Below, piece after piece: positions 30,199-41,556 of a stretch of 64,000 bases of DNA (positions are counted from its first letter, which is position 1; each line of letters begins with the position of its first letter). The position numbers and the translations under genes are program-made. The notes beneath the pieces are model-generated. The model saw nothing but the letters and a program-made list of their open reading frames with translations. It did not search any database and was not told where the DNA came from. Source of the stretch: a virus; IMG/VR virus record IMGVR_UViG_3300046028_008994. One strand, 5' to 3'.

Positions 30199-31204
30199 GG
30201 CATTAAGAGCTTATTATGGTTTTAGTACAGGAATAAAAGAAAAAAAACCAAAAGCTAAAAAACTACCTTCTATTGTAAAGGAAATAAAAAAATATACTTT
30301 ACAAACAATGGATTATTCTAAACAAAAATCCATTTCATATAGTCAAATGTCTATGTTTACACATTGTCCACACAAATGGGCATTACAATACAAAGACGGA
30401 CATTATACATCAGAGTCGTCTATAAACATGACTTTTGGTACTGCATTACACGAAGCGCTTCAACATTATATTACCACTATATACGATAAAAGTGGCGCAG
30501 AAGCCGATAGAATTGAGTTAAATGAATACTTTGAAGAACGTTTAAGAGAAACATATAAAAAAGATGTTAAATCAAATAATAACGTTCATTTTTCAAATTC
30601 ATTTGAATTAGCTGAATTTTATGAAGATGGAATTAAGATTCTTGAATATATTAAAAAAAACAGAAATACACTTTTTAATAAAAAAGGTTGGTATTTAATT
30701 GGTTGTGAAGTTCCTATTTTAACAAACCCAAATCAAGAATATCCTAACATTTTATTTAAAGGATATTTAGATGTTGTTTTATATAATGAATTAACAGGTA
30801 AATTTTTAATATTAGATATAAAAACAAGTAAAACAGGTTGGAATGATGATTCTAAAAAAGATGAAACTAAACAATTTCAATTAATACTTTATAAGTACTT
30901 TTTTTCAAAACAATTTAACGTTTCAATAGATAATATAGATATTAAATTTTTTATTGTAAAACGAAAAATAAACGAAGATGCTGAATTTGCAGCAGCTAAA
31001 AGAAGAGTACAAGAATTCATTCCTGCAAACGGAAAAGTAAAAGTAAATAAAGCAACACAAGCTATGGATAAATTTATTAGTACTTGTTTTGAACAAAATG
31101 GTACTTACAAACAAATAAGTCATGAACCTATTCCTAGTCTATGGAATTGTCGATTTTGCCCATTTTCAGGTAAAAATGACTTGTGTTCAAAGGGATTAAA
31201 ATAA
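30191..31204 (+). CDS. PD-(D/E)XK nuclease (Cas4/RecB-like)
   Basis: SYSQ..F..CP, FGTALH, GYLD, DIKT, QL..Y, CRFCPF..C. Confidence 0.85.
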   Translation: MDEALRAYYGFSTGIKEKKPKAKKLPSIVKEIKKYTLQTMDYSKQKSISYSQMSMFTHCPHKWALQYKDGHYTSESSINMTFGTALHEALQHYITTIYDKSGAEADRIELNEYFEERLRETYKKDVKSNNNVHFSNSFELAEFYEDGIKILEYIKKNRNTLFNKKGWYLIGCEVPILTNPNQEYPNILFKGYLDVVLYNELTGKFLILDIKTSKTGWNDDSKKDETKQFQLILYKYFFSKQFNVSIDNIDIKFFIVKRKINEDAEFAAAKRRVQEFIPANGKVKVNKATQAMDKFISTCFEQNGTYKQISHEPIPSLWNCRFCPFSGKNDLCSKGLK

Positions 31205-31270
31205 TCTCATATATATTTATATTTTTTATGTTTTGTCATATATTTATATATAACAAAATAAATAAAATTT

Positions 31271-31462
31271 ATGAGTAAAAAAGACATGACACTAACCTCT
31301 GTGAAAATTCAGAGTGATTTGTTTGAACTCTTCAAGATAGAATGTGTTCGAATGAAATTTTCATTACAAAAATTAAACGATAGAGCAGTTCATTTATATT
31401 TGACCGATCCTGAGTTTAGAAAAATGATTCATTCTCATAGTAATTTAGATACTACTGAGTAA
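31271..31462 (+). CDS. Small ribbon-helix-helix-like protein
   Basis: LTSVKI..DLFE.FK pattern. Confidence 0.5.
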   Translation: MSKKDMTLTSVKIQSDLFELFKIECVRMKFSLQKLNDRAVHLYLTDPEFRKMIHSHSNLDTTE

Positions 31463-31512
31463 TTGAATTTGGTTATTAAAAAGAAAAGTTATATATTACC
31501 AATACACAAGTT

Positions 31513-32946
31513 ATGATAAAAGAAAAATTCGGTTATTTAAAACCTGACGAAAGAAAGAAAATACTCCTAATATGCGATGATATTCGTGTACATTCAGGAG
31601 TAGCAACAGTTACAAGAGAAATAGTATTTCACACAGCTCAACATTTTAATTGGGTAAATTTAGGAGGAGCAATTAACCATCCTGAAGCCGGTAAACGTTT
31701 AGATTTATCTCAATCAATAAACGAGGCTACAGGTTTAACAGATTCTTCTGTATTTATGTATCCTGTAAATGATTATGGAACTCCAGATTTATTACGACAT
31801 ATAATAAAGATTGAAAAACCAGATGCTATAATGCTAGTTACTGATCCACGTTATTTTATATGGTTGTTTAGTATGGAAAATGAAATTAGAAAACATATTC
31901 CAATTACTTATTTGAATATCTGGGATGATTATCCAGCACCTTTATATAACAAACCATTTTATGAGGCTTGTGATTTATTAATGGGTATTTCAAAACAAAC
32001 AGTTAACATTAACAAATTAGTTTTAGAAGAAAAAGCATCAGATAAAATCATTAAATATGTACCTCATGGTTTAAATCATGAAATATTCAAACCTTTAGAT
32101 AAAAATGATCCTGCTTTAATTGAATTTAAGAAAAGAATACTTAAAGGCAAAGAATATGATTTTGTGTTATTTTTTAACTCTAGAAATATTAGACGCAAAC
32201 AAATCCCAGATACTATTTTAGCATACAGACATTTTATAGATAAATTAACTGCTGAACAAGCTAAAAAATGTGCTTTTGTATTACATACTGAAAGAGTAAG
32301 TGAACATGGTACTGATTTAGATGCTGTTATTGAATTATTAGCTAATGGTGAAGAATACAATATTATCTTTACAGATGATAGATTTGACCCACACCAAATG
32401 AATTTGCTTTATAATTGTACAGATGCTCAAATTTTATTAACTTCAAATGAAGGTTGGGGATTAAGTTTAACTGAAGCATTATTGACAGGTAAACCAATTA
32501 TTGCTAACGTAACAGGTGGAATGCAAGACCAAATGAGATTTGAATTTGAAGATGGAACGTGGATTGATTTCACCCCAGATTTTCCTTCAAACCATAATGG
32601 AACTTACAAAAAACATGGTAAATGGGCATACCCAGTATACCCAACCAATAAATCATTGGTAGGTTCACCAGTAACACCGTATATATGGGATGATAGATGT
32701 ACAGCCGAGGACGCTGCTGAACAAATTATGAACGTTTATACAGACGAAAATCGTGTTGAAAACGGTTTAGCAGGTAGAGAATGGGCATTAAGCGATGAAG
32801 CCGGATTTACAGGTGAAAAACAAGGTATTAGAGTAATAAATGCATTTGATGAATTATTTTCAACTTGGGAACCAAGAGAAAAATTCGAATTTATTAATAC
32901 CAATGAAGTTAAGGATAGAAAAATAAACCATAAATTATTATACTAA
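31513..32946 (+). CDS. Glycosyltransferase, GT-B/GT4-like
   Basis: SGVA, VPHG, RN.RRK, EGWGLSLTEA. Confidence 0.85.
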   Translation: MIKEKFGYLKPDERKKILLICDDIRVHSGVATVTREIVFHTAQHFNWVNLGGAINHPEAGKRLDLSQSINEATGLTDSSVFMYPVNDYGTPDLLRHIIKIEKPDAIMLVTDPRYFIWLFSMENEIRKHIPITYLNIWDDYPAPLYNKPFYEACDLLMGISKQTVNINKLVLEEKASDKIIKYVPHGLNHEIFKPLDKNDPALIEFKKRILKGKEYDFVLFFNSRNIRRKQIPDTILAYRHFIDKLTAEQAKKCAFVLHTERVSEHGTDLDAVIELLANGEEYNIIFTDDRFDPHQMNLLYNCTDAQILLTSNEGWGLSLTEALLTGKPIIANVTGGMQDQMRFEFEDGTWIDFTPDFPSNHNGTYKKHGKWAYPVYPTNKSLVGSPVTPYIWDDRCTAEDAAEQIMNVYTDENRVENGLAGREWALSDEAGFTGEKQGIRVINAFDELFSTWEPREKFEFINTNEVKDRKINHKLLY

Positions 32947-32950
32947 AAAA

Positions 32951-34240
32951 ATGAACAAACCGTTATTTATAATTAGTTCTGCATTTGATACTTACAGTGG
33001 GTATGGTGCTAGAAGTCGTGATCTGATCAAAGCAATTATTGAAACAGACAAATATGAGGTAAAACTATTATCTCAACGTTGGGGAAATACACCATTTGGT
33101 TTTTGTGAAGACAATTCTGAATGGGAATTTTTAAGTAAATTAGTATTACCTAATAATCAATTACCTAAACAACCAGAAATTTGGATGCAAATTAGTGTTC
33201 CAAATGAATTCCAACCAGTAGGAAAATACAATATTGGTTGTACAGCAGGTATTGAAACAACAATATGTCCTCCTGATTTTGTAGAAGGTATAAATAGAAT
33301 GGATCTAACATTAGTATCTTCAGAACATGCTAAAAAAGTATTCCAAGATTCTAAATATGAAAAAAGAAATCAACAAACTAATCAATTAGAAGGAGTCGTT
33401 GAGTTAAATAAACCAATGGAGGTTTTATTTGAAGGTGCTAATTTAGATGTTTATAAAGCAATTGATACACCTTGTTCTTTAGATATTAACATAAAAGAAA
33501 GTTTTGCTTACTTATTTGTAGGACATTGGATGCAAGGAGATCTTGGAGAAGATAGAAAAAACGTAGGTTTTTTAATTAAAGCATTTTATGAAACATTTAA
33601 AAACAAATCAAATAAACCAGCACTTATTTTAAAAACATCTCAAGTAGGTTCTTCATATGTTGATAGAGAAGAAATTTTGAAAAAAATTAAAATGATTAAA
33701 AAAACAGTTAATTCTACAAACCTACCAAACATTTATTTATTACATGGTGAATTCACTGATGTTGAAATGAATGAAATATATAATCATTCTAAAATAAAAG
33801 CTATGATTAATTTAACTAAAGGTGAAGGATTTGGAAGACCATTACTTGAATTTACTTTAAGCAAAAAACCATTAATTACAACAGGTTGGTCAGGACATTT
33901 AGATTTTTTAAATCCTGAATTTACTACTTTAATTGGAGGTAATTTAGCTAATGTTCACCCAAGTGCTGCTAATCAATTTATATTAAAAGAAGCACAATGG
34001 TTTTCACCAGATCCAGGTCAAATAGGTTTTTATTTAAAAGATGTATTTGAAAATTATAAAAACTATACTGATGGAGCTAAACGTCAATCACACTATAGTA
34101 AAACTAACTTTAGTTGGGATAAAATGAAAGAAAAAACAGATGAATTATTTACTAAATATATTCCTGAATTTCCAAAACAAATAGAATTAAAATTACCTCA
34201 ATTAAAAAAAATTGAATTACCAAAATTACAAAAAATATAA
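32951..34240 (+). CDS. Glycosyltransferase, GT-B/GT4-like
   Basis: SGYG..SR, DRKN, GEGFGRPLLE. Confidence 0.85.
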   Translation: MNKPLFIISSAFDTYSGYGARSRDLIKAIIETDKYEVKLLSQRWGNTPFGFCEDNSEWEFLSKLVLPNNQLPKQPEIWMQISVPNEFQPVGKYNIGCTAGIETTICPPDFVEGINRMDLTLVSSEHAKKVFQDSKYEKRNQQTNQLEGVVELNKPMEVLFEGANLDVYKAIDTPCSLDINIKESFAYLFVGHWMQGDLGEDRKNVGFLIKAFYETFKNKSNKPALILKTSQVGSSYVDREEILKKIKMIKKTVNSTNLPNIYLLHGEFTDVEMNEIYNHSKIKAMINLTKGEGFGRPLLEFTLSKKPLITTGWSGHLDFLNPEFTTLIGGNLANVHPSAANQFILKEAQWFSPDPGQIGFYLKDVFENYKNYTDGAKRQSHYSKTNFSWDKMKEKTDELFTKYIPEFPKQIELKLPQLKKIELPKLQKI

Positions 34241-34704
34241 TGAATAACGAACAAATGATAATATGCCCTAAATCAAAGGGCGATGCCTGTATGGTAACAG
34301 AAGCGACCCCAGGCATCAAAACATACTTTAGTTTTTCATGTGGTTTTCAAACAAATTCTTTAATGAAAGAAGGAGAAGATTTTTATGAAGAACAAATATC
34401 AATACTACCTGAATTATACAAAGATTTAACATGGAAAGATCCTGAAACCGAATTGATGTGGATTCCAAGCATGGTAAATGAACCTACTAAAGGTATGATT
34501 TTTGCTAATGGTCCTTCTAAAGATAGTTGGGGATGGTCAGCTGTAAAAGCAGTACCAGTAACAGAAGCAGAAGCTGAAAAATACCCAATTCCAGGTAAAA
34601 AAGGTGAGTATTATAAATTGAGAATGGATATGACAACTATGAAAAATTTTTCTGAAAGAGAATACATAGATGCTTTATCTTATGTTGGCTTACTACCGGA
34701 ATAA
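34240..34704 (+). CDS. Hypothetical protein
   Basis: 154 aa, N-terminal Cys residues. Confidence 0.6.
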   Translation: MNNEQMIICPKSKGDACMVTEATPGIKTYFSFSCGFQTNSLMKEGEDFYEEQISILPELYKDLTWKDPETELMWIPSMVNEPTKGMIFANGPSKDSWGWSAVKAVPVTEAEAEKYPIPGKKGEYYKLRMDMTTMKNFSEREYIDALSYVGLLPE

Positions 34705-34719
34705 TCGTATATTGGCAGT

Positions 34720-35370
34720 ATGAAAATTAGTTATGCAATTACTGTCTGTAACGAACTAGAAGAAATAAAACAACTATTACCTTTTCTAATCGAAAATAAA
34801 AGAAAAGAAGATGAAATAGTTGTTTTTTTCGACTCAGTTAATGGTTCTCAAGAAGTAGAACAATATTTAAGAAGTATTGAACCTGGTTTGACCTATACCC
34901 CAATTGAAAATTATACTTTTAGATGGTATGGTTATGATTTTTATGGTGATTTTTCTAATATGAAAAATGAACTTACTGAATTTTGTAAAGGTGATTATAT
35001 ATTCAATATAGATGCTGATGAAATGATTTCTAAAGATTTTATTGAGGTATTACCTTTAATCATTGAAAATAATCCTGAAGTAGAATTTTATTGGGTCCCA
35101 AGAGAAAATTACGTAACAGGAATAACTCAAGAACATATTCAAAAATGGGGTTGGAAATTAGATAATTACAACAGAATAAATTACCCAGATTATCAAGGTC
35201 GTATTTACAAAAATGAACCTAATAGAATTATGTGGGTAAATAAGGTTCATGAAAGAATTGTAGGATATAAACATTATTCAACATTACCTGATAACCAGGC
35301 TTTTTCAATAAACCATACAAAAACAATAGAAAAACAAGAAAAACAAAACGAGTTTTATAATACAATATGA
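34720..35370 (+). CDS. Glycosyltransferase family 2
   Basis: ISYAITVCNE, IDADE, PDYQ.R, VHE. Confidence 0.85.
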   Translation: MKISYAITVCNELEEIKQLLPFLIENKRKEDEIVVFFDSVNGSQEVEQYLRSIEPGLTYTPIENYTFRWYGYDFYGDFSNMKNELTEFCKGDYIFNIDADEMISKDFIEVLPLIIENNPEVEFYWVPRENYVTGITQEHIQKWGWKLDNYNRINYPDYQGRIYKNEPNRIMWVNKVHERIVGYKHYSTLPDNQAFSINHTKTIEKQEKQNEFYNTI

Positions 35371-36179
35371 AAATAAAAACATCCCATTTTGATAAAAAAT
35401 TATTTGAAGATAAACTTCAACATTTATCCCATTTAGATTTTTCGTTATTCGTAGAAACTCCTCCACAATCACAAGATGAATTATCAAACATAAACATTAT
35501 TTCATTCCAAGAACCTAATGAGTATTTTGGTTTACATGATTGGACTATCCAAAATAAAAATTTATTTGATGTTATACTAACACAAAGTGATAAAGTATTA
35601 AATAATTGTGACAATGCTACTTTCCAACCGTTTGGACATACTTGGTTACAACCAGATCAATATAATAAAGAACATGATAAAAATTTTCAATTATCTCACT
35701 TATGTGGTAAATTATTAAAAACATATGGTCATTCTTTAAGACATGAAACTTTAGCAAGACAAAATGAATTTAATATTCCTCTTAAATTTTATGATGTTTA
35801 TGGAGATAGAAATAACATTGAAGATGCTCGTTTAGGTAAAGAATTTATATTTGGAGATTCACAATTTGGAGTAGTAATTGAAAATACTTCACGTAGAGGA
35901 TATTTTACTGAAAAAATATTAGATTGTTTTTTACTTAAAACTATTCCAATTTATTGGGGTTGTTCGAATATTGGGGATTTTTTTGATATAGACGGTATTA
36001 TTACGTTTAATAACGTAGATGATTTAATATATATATCTAATAATTTAACAGAAGATTATTATGAATCTAAAAAAGAAATTATAAATAAAAATTGGGAATT
36101 AGCTTTAAAGTTTGTACATTACGAACAAAATATAATAAATAAAATAGAAGAAATTTTTAAACACAACAATATAATATGA
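35367..36179 (+). CDS. GT10 fucosyltransferase-like protein
   Basis: IENT...YFTEKILD......IPIYWG motif. Confidence 0.75.
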   Translation: MKIKTSHFDKKLFEDKLQHLSHLDFSLFVETPPQSQDELSNINIISFQEPNEYFGLHDWTIQNKNLFDVILTQSDKVLNNCDNATFQPFGHTWLQPDQYNKEHDKNFQLSHLCGKLLKTYGHSLRHETLARQNEFNIPLKFYDVYGDRNNIEDARLGKEFIFGDSQFGVVIENTSRRGYFTEKILDCFLLKTIPIYWGCSNIGDFFDIDGIITFNNVDDLIYISNNLTEDYYESKKEIINKNWELALKFVHYEQNIINKIEEIFKHNNII

Positions 36180-37318
36180 AAAAAATATGGTACGCCCCCT
36201 ATAAGTTTGAATCTTATGGAGAAGAAGAAATTAAAGCAGTAGAAGAATCATTACGTTCAGGGTGGTTAGGTGGACAAGGTCCTAAATCTGTTGAATTTGA
36301 AGAAAAAATTGCTAAACGTTTCGGAAAAAAATATGGAGTGTTTGTAAACTCAGGATCATCAGCTTGTTTATTAGCATTAGCTTGTTTACAATTACCAAAA
36401 GGAACCAAAGTTATTACACCAGCTTGTACATTTTCAACAACATTAGCTCCTATGATTCAATTAGGACTTAACCCAGTATTTGTAGATGTAGGATTAAACG
36501 ATTACGTAGCTGACATCGATCAAATAATAGAAGCTATTACACCTGAAGTTAAAGTAATTATGTTACCTAATTTAATTGGTAACAAACCAGATTGGAAAAA
36601 ACTAAAAAATGATATAAAATTTTTAGGTAGAAAAGATATTATATTAATTGAAGATTCGGCAGATACTATTACTAATACTCCTGAGTCAGATATTGCTACT
36701 ACAAGTTTTTATGCTTCTCATGTTATTACTGCTGGTGGTACAGGAGGTATGGTGATGTTTAATGATAAAAAATTAGTAAATGTTTGTCTTCAATTTAGAG
36801 ATTGGGGTCGTTTAGGTGGAGATTCTGAAATAATGTCTGATCGTTTTAATCATATGGTTGATGATATTCCTTATGATCATAAATTTTTATATAGTGTTTT
36901 AGGATACAATTTTAAATCATCAGAAATGAATGCTGCTTTTGGTTTAGTTCAATTAAAACGATTTGAGAATTTTGAACAAATTAGAAGAAAAAATGTCGAG
37001 CGTTATATTGAAAATCTTAAAGATGTAAAAGAAATTTTATTACCTGATGATTCTATCCACCCTAATTGGTTAGCTATTCCTTTACAAACAGAAAAAAGAT
37101 ATGAGTTACTTAATTTTTTAGAAGATAATAATATTCAAACTAGAGTAACATTTGCTGGTAATGTAACTCGCCATCCTGCCTATAGAGAATATTTACAAGA
37201 TTTTACAAACTCTGATATTATTATGAAAAATGGATTTTTATTAGGAGCACATCATGGAATGACTGTTGGTGATGTGGATTATGTATGTGATAAAATTAAA
37301 GAATTTTTTAATAAATGA
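36176..37318 (+). CDS. PLP/PMP-dependent NDP-4-keto-6-deoxyhexose 3-dehydratase (DdhC/RfbH/ColD type, DegT family)
   Basis: VNSGSSA, IEDSAD, SFYASHVIT (His at the Schiff-base Lys position), GYN. Confidence 0.75.
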   Translation: MKKIWYAPYKFESYGEEEIKAVEESLRSGWLGGQGPKSVEFEEKIAKRFGKKYGVFVNSGSSACLLALACLQLPKGTKVITPACTFSTTLAPMIQLGLNPVFVDVGLNDYVADIDQIIEAITPEVKVIMLPNLIGNKPDWKKLKNDIKFLGRKDIILIEDSADTITNTPESDIATTSFYASHVITAGGTGGMVMFNDKKLVNVCLQFRDWGRLGGDSEIMSDRFNHMVDDIPYDHKFLYSVLGYNFKSSEMNAAFGLVQLKRFENFEQIRRKNVERYIENLKDVKEILLPDDSIHPNWLAIPLQTEKRYELLNFLEDNNIQTRVTFAGNVTRHPAYREYLQDFTNSDIIMKNGFLLGAHHGMTVGDVDYVCDKIKEFFNK

Positions 37319-37932
37319 TAGATTTAAAAAAACAAATAGTCAAAATTGCTTTTAAGCACAAATTAAGTCACTTAGGAAGTTACCTTTCTAGTGTTGATAT
37401 AATAGATGAAATATATTCTAAAATGAATAAAGATGATATATTCATCCTATCCTCAGGACATGCTTCATTAGCGATGTATGTTTGTATAGAAAAATATTTT
37501 GGTATTGATGCTGAAATGTTATTTTTAAAACATGGAGGTCACCCTCATAGAGATGAAGAAAATAAGATTCATTGTTCAACAGGTAGTTTAGGTTTAGGTT
37601 TACCTATAGCATTAGGTAGAGCATTAGCTAATCCAAATAGAAAAGTATGGGTATTAATTAGTGATGGTGAGGCAGCTGAAGGAAGTATTTGGGAATCACT
37701 TAAAACAATTCAAGAATTAAATATTAACAATATTGAGGTATTTGTTAATATAAATGGATTGTGTGCTTATAAAGAAGTAGATATTGATTACATGTCAATA
37801 AGACTTAAATCATTTTTACCTCGAATTGAATTAAGATACACTACAGTAGAACAATATCCTTTTTTAAAGGGATTAAATGCTCACTACCATGTAATGTCAG
37901 AAGAAAATTATAATCAAGTTATAAACATATGA
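37315..37932 (+). CDS. Transketolase N-terminal (ThDP-binding) subunit
   Basis: SHLGS, SSGHA, STGSLG.G, SDGE..EG..WE. Confidence 0.85.
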   Translation: MIDLKKQIVKIAFKHKLSHLGSYLSSVDIIDEIYSKMNKDDIFILSSGHASLAMYVCIEKYFGIDAEMLFLKHGGHPHRDEENKIHCSTGSLGLGLPIALGRALANPNRKVWVLISDGEAAEGSIWESLKTIQELNINNIEVFVNINGLCAYKEVDIDYMSIRLKSFLPRIELRYTTVEQYPFLKGLNAHYHVMSEENYNQVINI

Positions 37933-38405
37933 GAAAAGAATTCGCACAACTATTACATACCGAAATGATTAATAATCCTGATATTTATTTAATCACAGGT
38001 GATCTAGGATATGGATTATGGGATAAAATCAAAAATGATTATCCTAATAGATTTTACAATGTTGGATCTTCAGAAATGGCTATGATGGGAGCAGCTATTG
38101 GTTTAGCTATGGATGGAAAAATTCCATATGTTTACTCAATTACACCATTTGCCATCTACAGACCATTTGAAATGATTAGAAATTATCTTGATCACGAAAA
38201 TATCCCAGTAAATATTGTTGGAGGAGGTAGAGATAGAGATTATAGTTATTTAGGATTTTCACACTGGTCACACGATGATAGAAGAATAATGGGTGTTTTT
38301 GATAATGTAAAATCATTTTGGCCTGAAGATGAAGATGAATTGCTAAATAGTTTTCAATTTTCACTTACAAAACAATCACCTACTTATATAAATCTTAAAC
38401 GATGA
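37929..38405 (+). CDS. Transketolase pyrimidine-binding subunit (short)
   Basis: GDLG, RFYNVG.SE, RPFE.IR, G.SH. Confidence 0.85.
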   Translation: MRKEFAQLLHTEMINNPDIYLITGDLGYGLWDKIKNDYPNRFYNVGSSEMAMMGAAIGLAMDGKIPYVYSITPFAIYRPFEMIRNYLDHENIPVNIVGGGRDRDYSYLGFSHWSHDDRRIMGVFDNVKSFWPEDEDELLNSFQFSLTKQSPTYINLKR

Positions 38406-39181
38406 ATGTATTAATAACAGGTGGAAATGGTTATGTTGCTAAAAGTCTTTATAATGCTTTAAAAGAAAAATATAATATAACTTTAATTACAAGAAAAAAT
38501 TTTGATTTAACAGATTCATTTGAAACTCTTAAATTTTTTTCTAATAAATATTTTGATATTGTAATCCATACTGCGGCTGTTGGTGGTAGTAGACTCAAAC
38601 CAGAAAACTCGTCTACTATGGATCAAAATCTTCAAATGTATTATAATTTATTATCATGTAAAAACAAATACAATAAATTTATATATTTTGGTTCAGGAGC
38701 AGAAATATATAACCCTGAATCACCATATGGTTTAAGTAAAAGAGTAATTGCTAAATCAACATCAGAAATTGAAAATTTTTATAATATAAGAATATTTGGT
38801 GTGTTTGATGAAAATGAATTAGATACTAGATTTATAAAAACATGTATTAGAAAATATATTAATAAAGAACCAATGTTGGTACAAGATAAAAAAATGTCCT
38901 TCTTCTATATGCAAGATTTAATTACATTAGTAGATCATCATATTCAAACCCCCTCAAGTTCTTTATTAAAAGAAAGTAATTGTGCTTATCTTAACTCAAC
39001 TTCATTAATAGATATAGCTAATATTATAAATGAACTAGATGATTATAAAGTTCCAATTTATATAGATACACAAGTAGGAAAAGATTATGAATCAAAATAT
39101 AATGCTCCGTATTTACTAAAATATATTGGATTAAATCAAGGAATTATAAAAACATATAATAAATTAAAAAATGAATATTAA
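38402..39181 (+). CDS. NAD-dependent epimerase/reductase
   Basis: TGGNGY, YGLSK. Confidence 0.85.
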   Translation: MNVLITGGNGYVAKSLYNALKEKYNITLITRKNFDLTDSFETLKFFSNKYFDIVIHTAAVGGSRLKPENSSTMDQNLQMYYNLLSCKNKYNKFIYFGSGAEIYNPESPYGLSKRVIAKSTSEIENFYNIRIFGVFDENELDTRFIKTCIRKYINKEPMLVQDKKMSFFYMQDLITLVDHHIQTPSSSLLKESNCAYLNSTSLIDIANIINELDDYKVPIYIDTQVGKDYESKYNAPYLLKYIGLNQGIIKTYNKLKNEY

Positions 39182-40112
39182 AATAACGCTCCATATAATG
39201 CCATGGGATATAGATTGTGCATTATTAGTTTTTGATAAATTAAAACAATCTTCTTATTTTATTAGTAATGAAGATAAAATTTATATTGATTCTTTTTTAA
39301 ATTTATCTCACGACATTATTGATTGGGATAATTCTTCATTTCCAAAAGAATATTTTATAAAAAAATATCAAATATTAGATGATCTAGTTAAAAATGTTTT
39401 TATCCATAAACCATTTATATATGACAAAGAAGGAATTTATGGTCATTTAGATTCCCAAAAAACCATAATTGAACCATTTATTGATTATTACATAGGATTA
39501 TGTCCTGATGTTGAATTTCAAGAACATCTTCTTTATTATTTAATAGAATCAGCAAAACAAATAAAAAATGAATATTTTGTTTTAACTCCTCAAATTTTTA
39601 AGAGTTGGGATTCAAGTTGGGATATTTTAGTAAATGATAAATTTCAAGACATCCCTTACAATCAATGTTATAATATTGATATTCATAAAATAAGACATGA
39701 CTGTTTAGAATTAGACACTCCTACACTTAAACTTTCTCCTGGTTTTAAATTTGCTGGTTGGCTTGATTTGTATAGTAAAAATTTTTATGAAAAATTAATA
39801 CCTACTTTAGATGAATGGAAAGGATATGGTCCTTGGGATTTATATGCTATGAATGTATGTAATATTGCAAAATCTAAAGGAGTAGATGTTGAACAATATA
39901 TTTTAGAAAACCAAGTAATATGGTTTAAAGATGTAGGTTGTTGGCAAAATGAAGAAGAACATGCGGGTCATGGAAAAATAAGATTAATTTATAAAGATTT
40001 TTTAACAATAAAACTTGGAAGACAAGAACAAAGATCGTATATTGATACAAATATTATTCATTATTTAAACCAATGGATAGAATATGCTAAAAATAATAAT
40101 ATAATTAAATAA
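39171..40112 (+). CDS. Putative GT-A glycosyltransferase
   Basis: CPDVEF, GYGPWD; cluster context. Confidence 0.45.
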   Translation: MNIKITLHIMPWDIDCALLVFDKLKQSSYFISNEDKIYIDSFLNLSHDIIDWDNSSFPKEYFIKKYQILDDLVKNVFIHKPFIYDKEGIYGHLDSQKTIIEPFIDYYIGLCPDVEFQEHLLYYLIESAKQIKNEYFVLTPQIFKSWDSSWDILVNDKFQDIPYNQCYNIDIHKIRHDCLELDTPTLKLSPGFKFAGWLDLYSKNFYEKLIPTLDEWKGYGPWDLYAMNVCNIAKSKGVDVEQYILENQVIWFKDVGCWQNEEEHAGHGKIRLIYKDFLTIKLGRQEQRSYIDTNIIHYLNQWIEYAKNNNIIK

Positions 40113-40115
40113 AAA

Positions 40116-40814
40116 ATGATAAAAACAATAACAACTTATGAAGATCTAGTTCAAGATCTTATTGACAACAAAATTACAATGGTTAGACCAGATGAATTTA
40201 AAACTATATTTAAACATTATCCTAAAATACAACAAGTAGAAGGAGATGTAGTAGAATGTGGTGTTTGGAGAGGAGGTTTTTCAATATTTCTTAGTTATAT
40301 ATTCCAGGATAAAAACATTTGGGTTTGTGATTCATATGAAGGTTTTCAACCACCTGAAATAGCTAAACATCAATATGATAAAGAAAGACATACTCATCTT
40401 GTTACTCACAACGCTGTAGGTCCATTAGCTATTAGTCTTGAAGAAGTTCAATTACATTTTAAAACATATGGTTTAGGTGAAGAAGAAAGAATTAAATTCT
40501 TAAAAGGATTTGTTAAAGATACTTTACCAACATCAGGAATTGAAAAAGTTTCATTATTAAGAATAGACGTAGATGCTTATTCTGCTACATTAGAAACATT
40601 AGAGGAATTATATGATAAAGTACAACCTGGAGGATATATAATATTTGATGATTCTTGTTTATATGAAACTTTAGATGCTATTAAAACATTTTTTAAACAA
40701 AGAAATATAGAAGAATATATTTTACACCCTGTTACTGATGAAAAATTATCATTAAATGCTCAACACACAAATGATGATTCAGGTTTTCCCGCAGGTTGTT
40801 ATATTATAAAATAA
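40116..40814 (+). CDS. TylF/MycF-family O-methyltransferase
   Basis: GDVVECGVWRG, DSYEG, KG...TLP, LRID.D.Y, GGYIIFDD. Confidence 0.85.
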   Translation: MIKTITTYEDLVQDLIDNKITMVRPDEFKTIFKHYPKIQQVEGDVVECGVWRGGFSIFLSYIFQDKNIWVCDSYEGFQPPEIAKHQYDKERHTHLVTHNAVGPLAISLEEVQLHFKTYGLGEEERIKFLKGFVKDTLPTSGIEKVSLLRIDVDAYSATLETLEELYDKVQPGGYIIFDDSCLYETLDAIKTFFKQRNIEEYILHPVTDEKLSLNAQHTNDDSGFPAGCYIIK

Positions 40815-40821
40815 ATAAAAT

Positions 40822-41553
40822 ATGAAAAAAACATTAACTCAAATTGCAAATGCAGTTGTTTCCCAAAATGGGGAATCAAATGGGATTGATAAAGGAACAA
40901 TTAAGAATTCATGTCATGGGTTTACAAAAGCATATGATAATATATTAACTCCTTTAAGAGAAAAACCTATTCTTATGTTAGAAATAGGAGTATCGGGAGG
41001 GGGTTCCCTTAAAATGTGGGAAGAATATTTCACAGATGTTACAATTATTGCTCTAGACATTGTTGATGAGACTCATCTATCAAATAATAAAACTTTTGTT
41101 TATCAATTAGATCAATCTAATGAAACTCAATTACAGAATTTTGTAAATCAATGTAACGAAAATGGATATGAATTTGATTTTATTATTGATGATGGAAGTC
41201 ATCATATGAGAGACCAACAATTAACATTAGCTTATTTATTTCCATTACTAAAACCTCAAGGAATATACATTATAGAAGATCTTCATACATCTTTACTTCC
41301 TAATGGTTACCCAATATATGGAAAACTTATAGAAATTCACCCAAACAGACATAATACTACATTAAATTATCTTTCTCATGGTATAGATAGCATTTATATT
41401 ACGGCAGAACAAAATAAATATTTAAATGAAAATATTGATTATATCAATATACATAATATATTTAATCCTATTATAGATACATGGCATGAATCTTTAGGTG
41501 TAGGAAAACCATATAAAGGAAGAAGCATAACATCATTCATATTTAAAAAATAA
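40822..41553 (+). CDS. Class I SAM methyltransferase (sugar O-methyltransferase-like)
   Basis: LEIGV..GGSL, DQS, IIDDGSH, YIIEDL. Confidence 0.8.
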   Translation: MKKTLTQIANAVVSQNGESNGIDKGTIKNSCHGFTKAYDNILTPLREKPILMLEIGVSGGGSLKMWEEYFTDVTIIALDIVDETHLSNNKTFVYQLDQSNETQLQNFVNQCNENGYEFDFIIDDGSHHMRDQQLTLAYLFPLLKPQGIYIIEDLHTSLLPNGYPIYGKLIEIHPNRHNTTLNYLSHGIDSIYITAEQNKYLNENIDYINIHNIFNPIIDTWHESLGVGKPYKGRSITSFIFKK

Positions 41554-41556
41554 AAA

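Noticed and set aside
30191-31204. Cas4 as part of a CRISPR-Cas system
   Set aside because: No other cas genes or array; solitary PD-(D/E)XK nucleases are common in phage replication regions.
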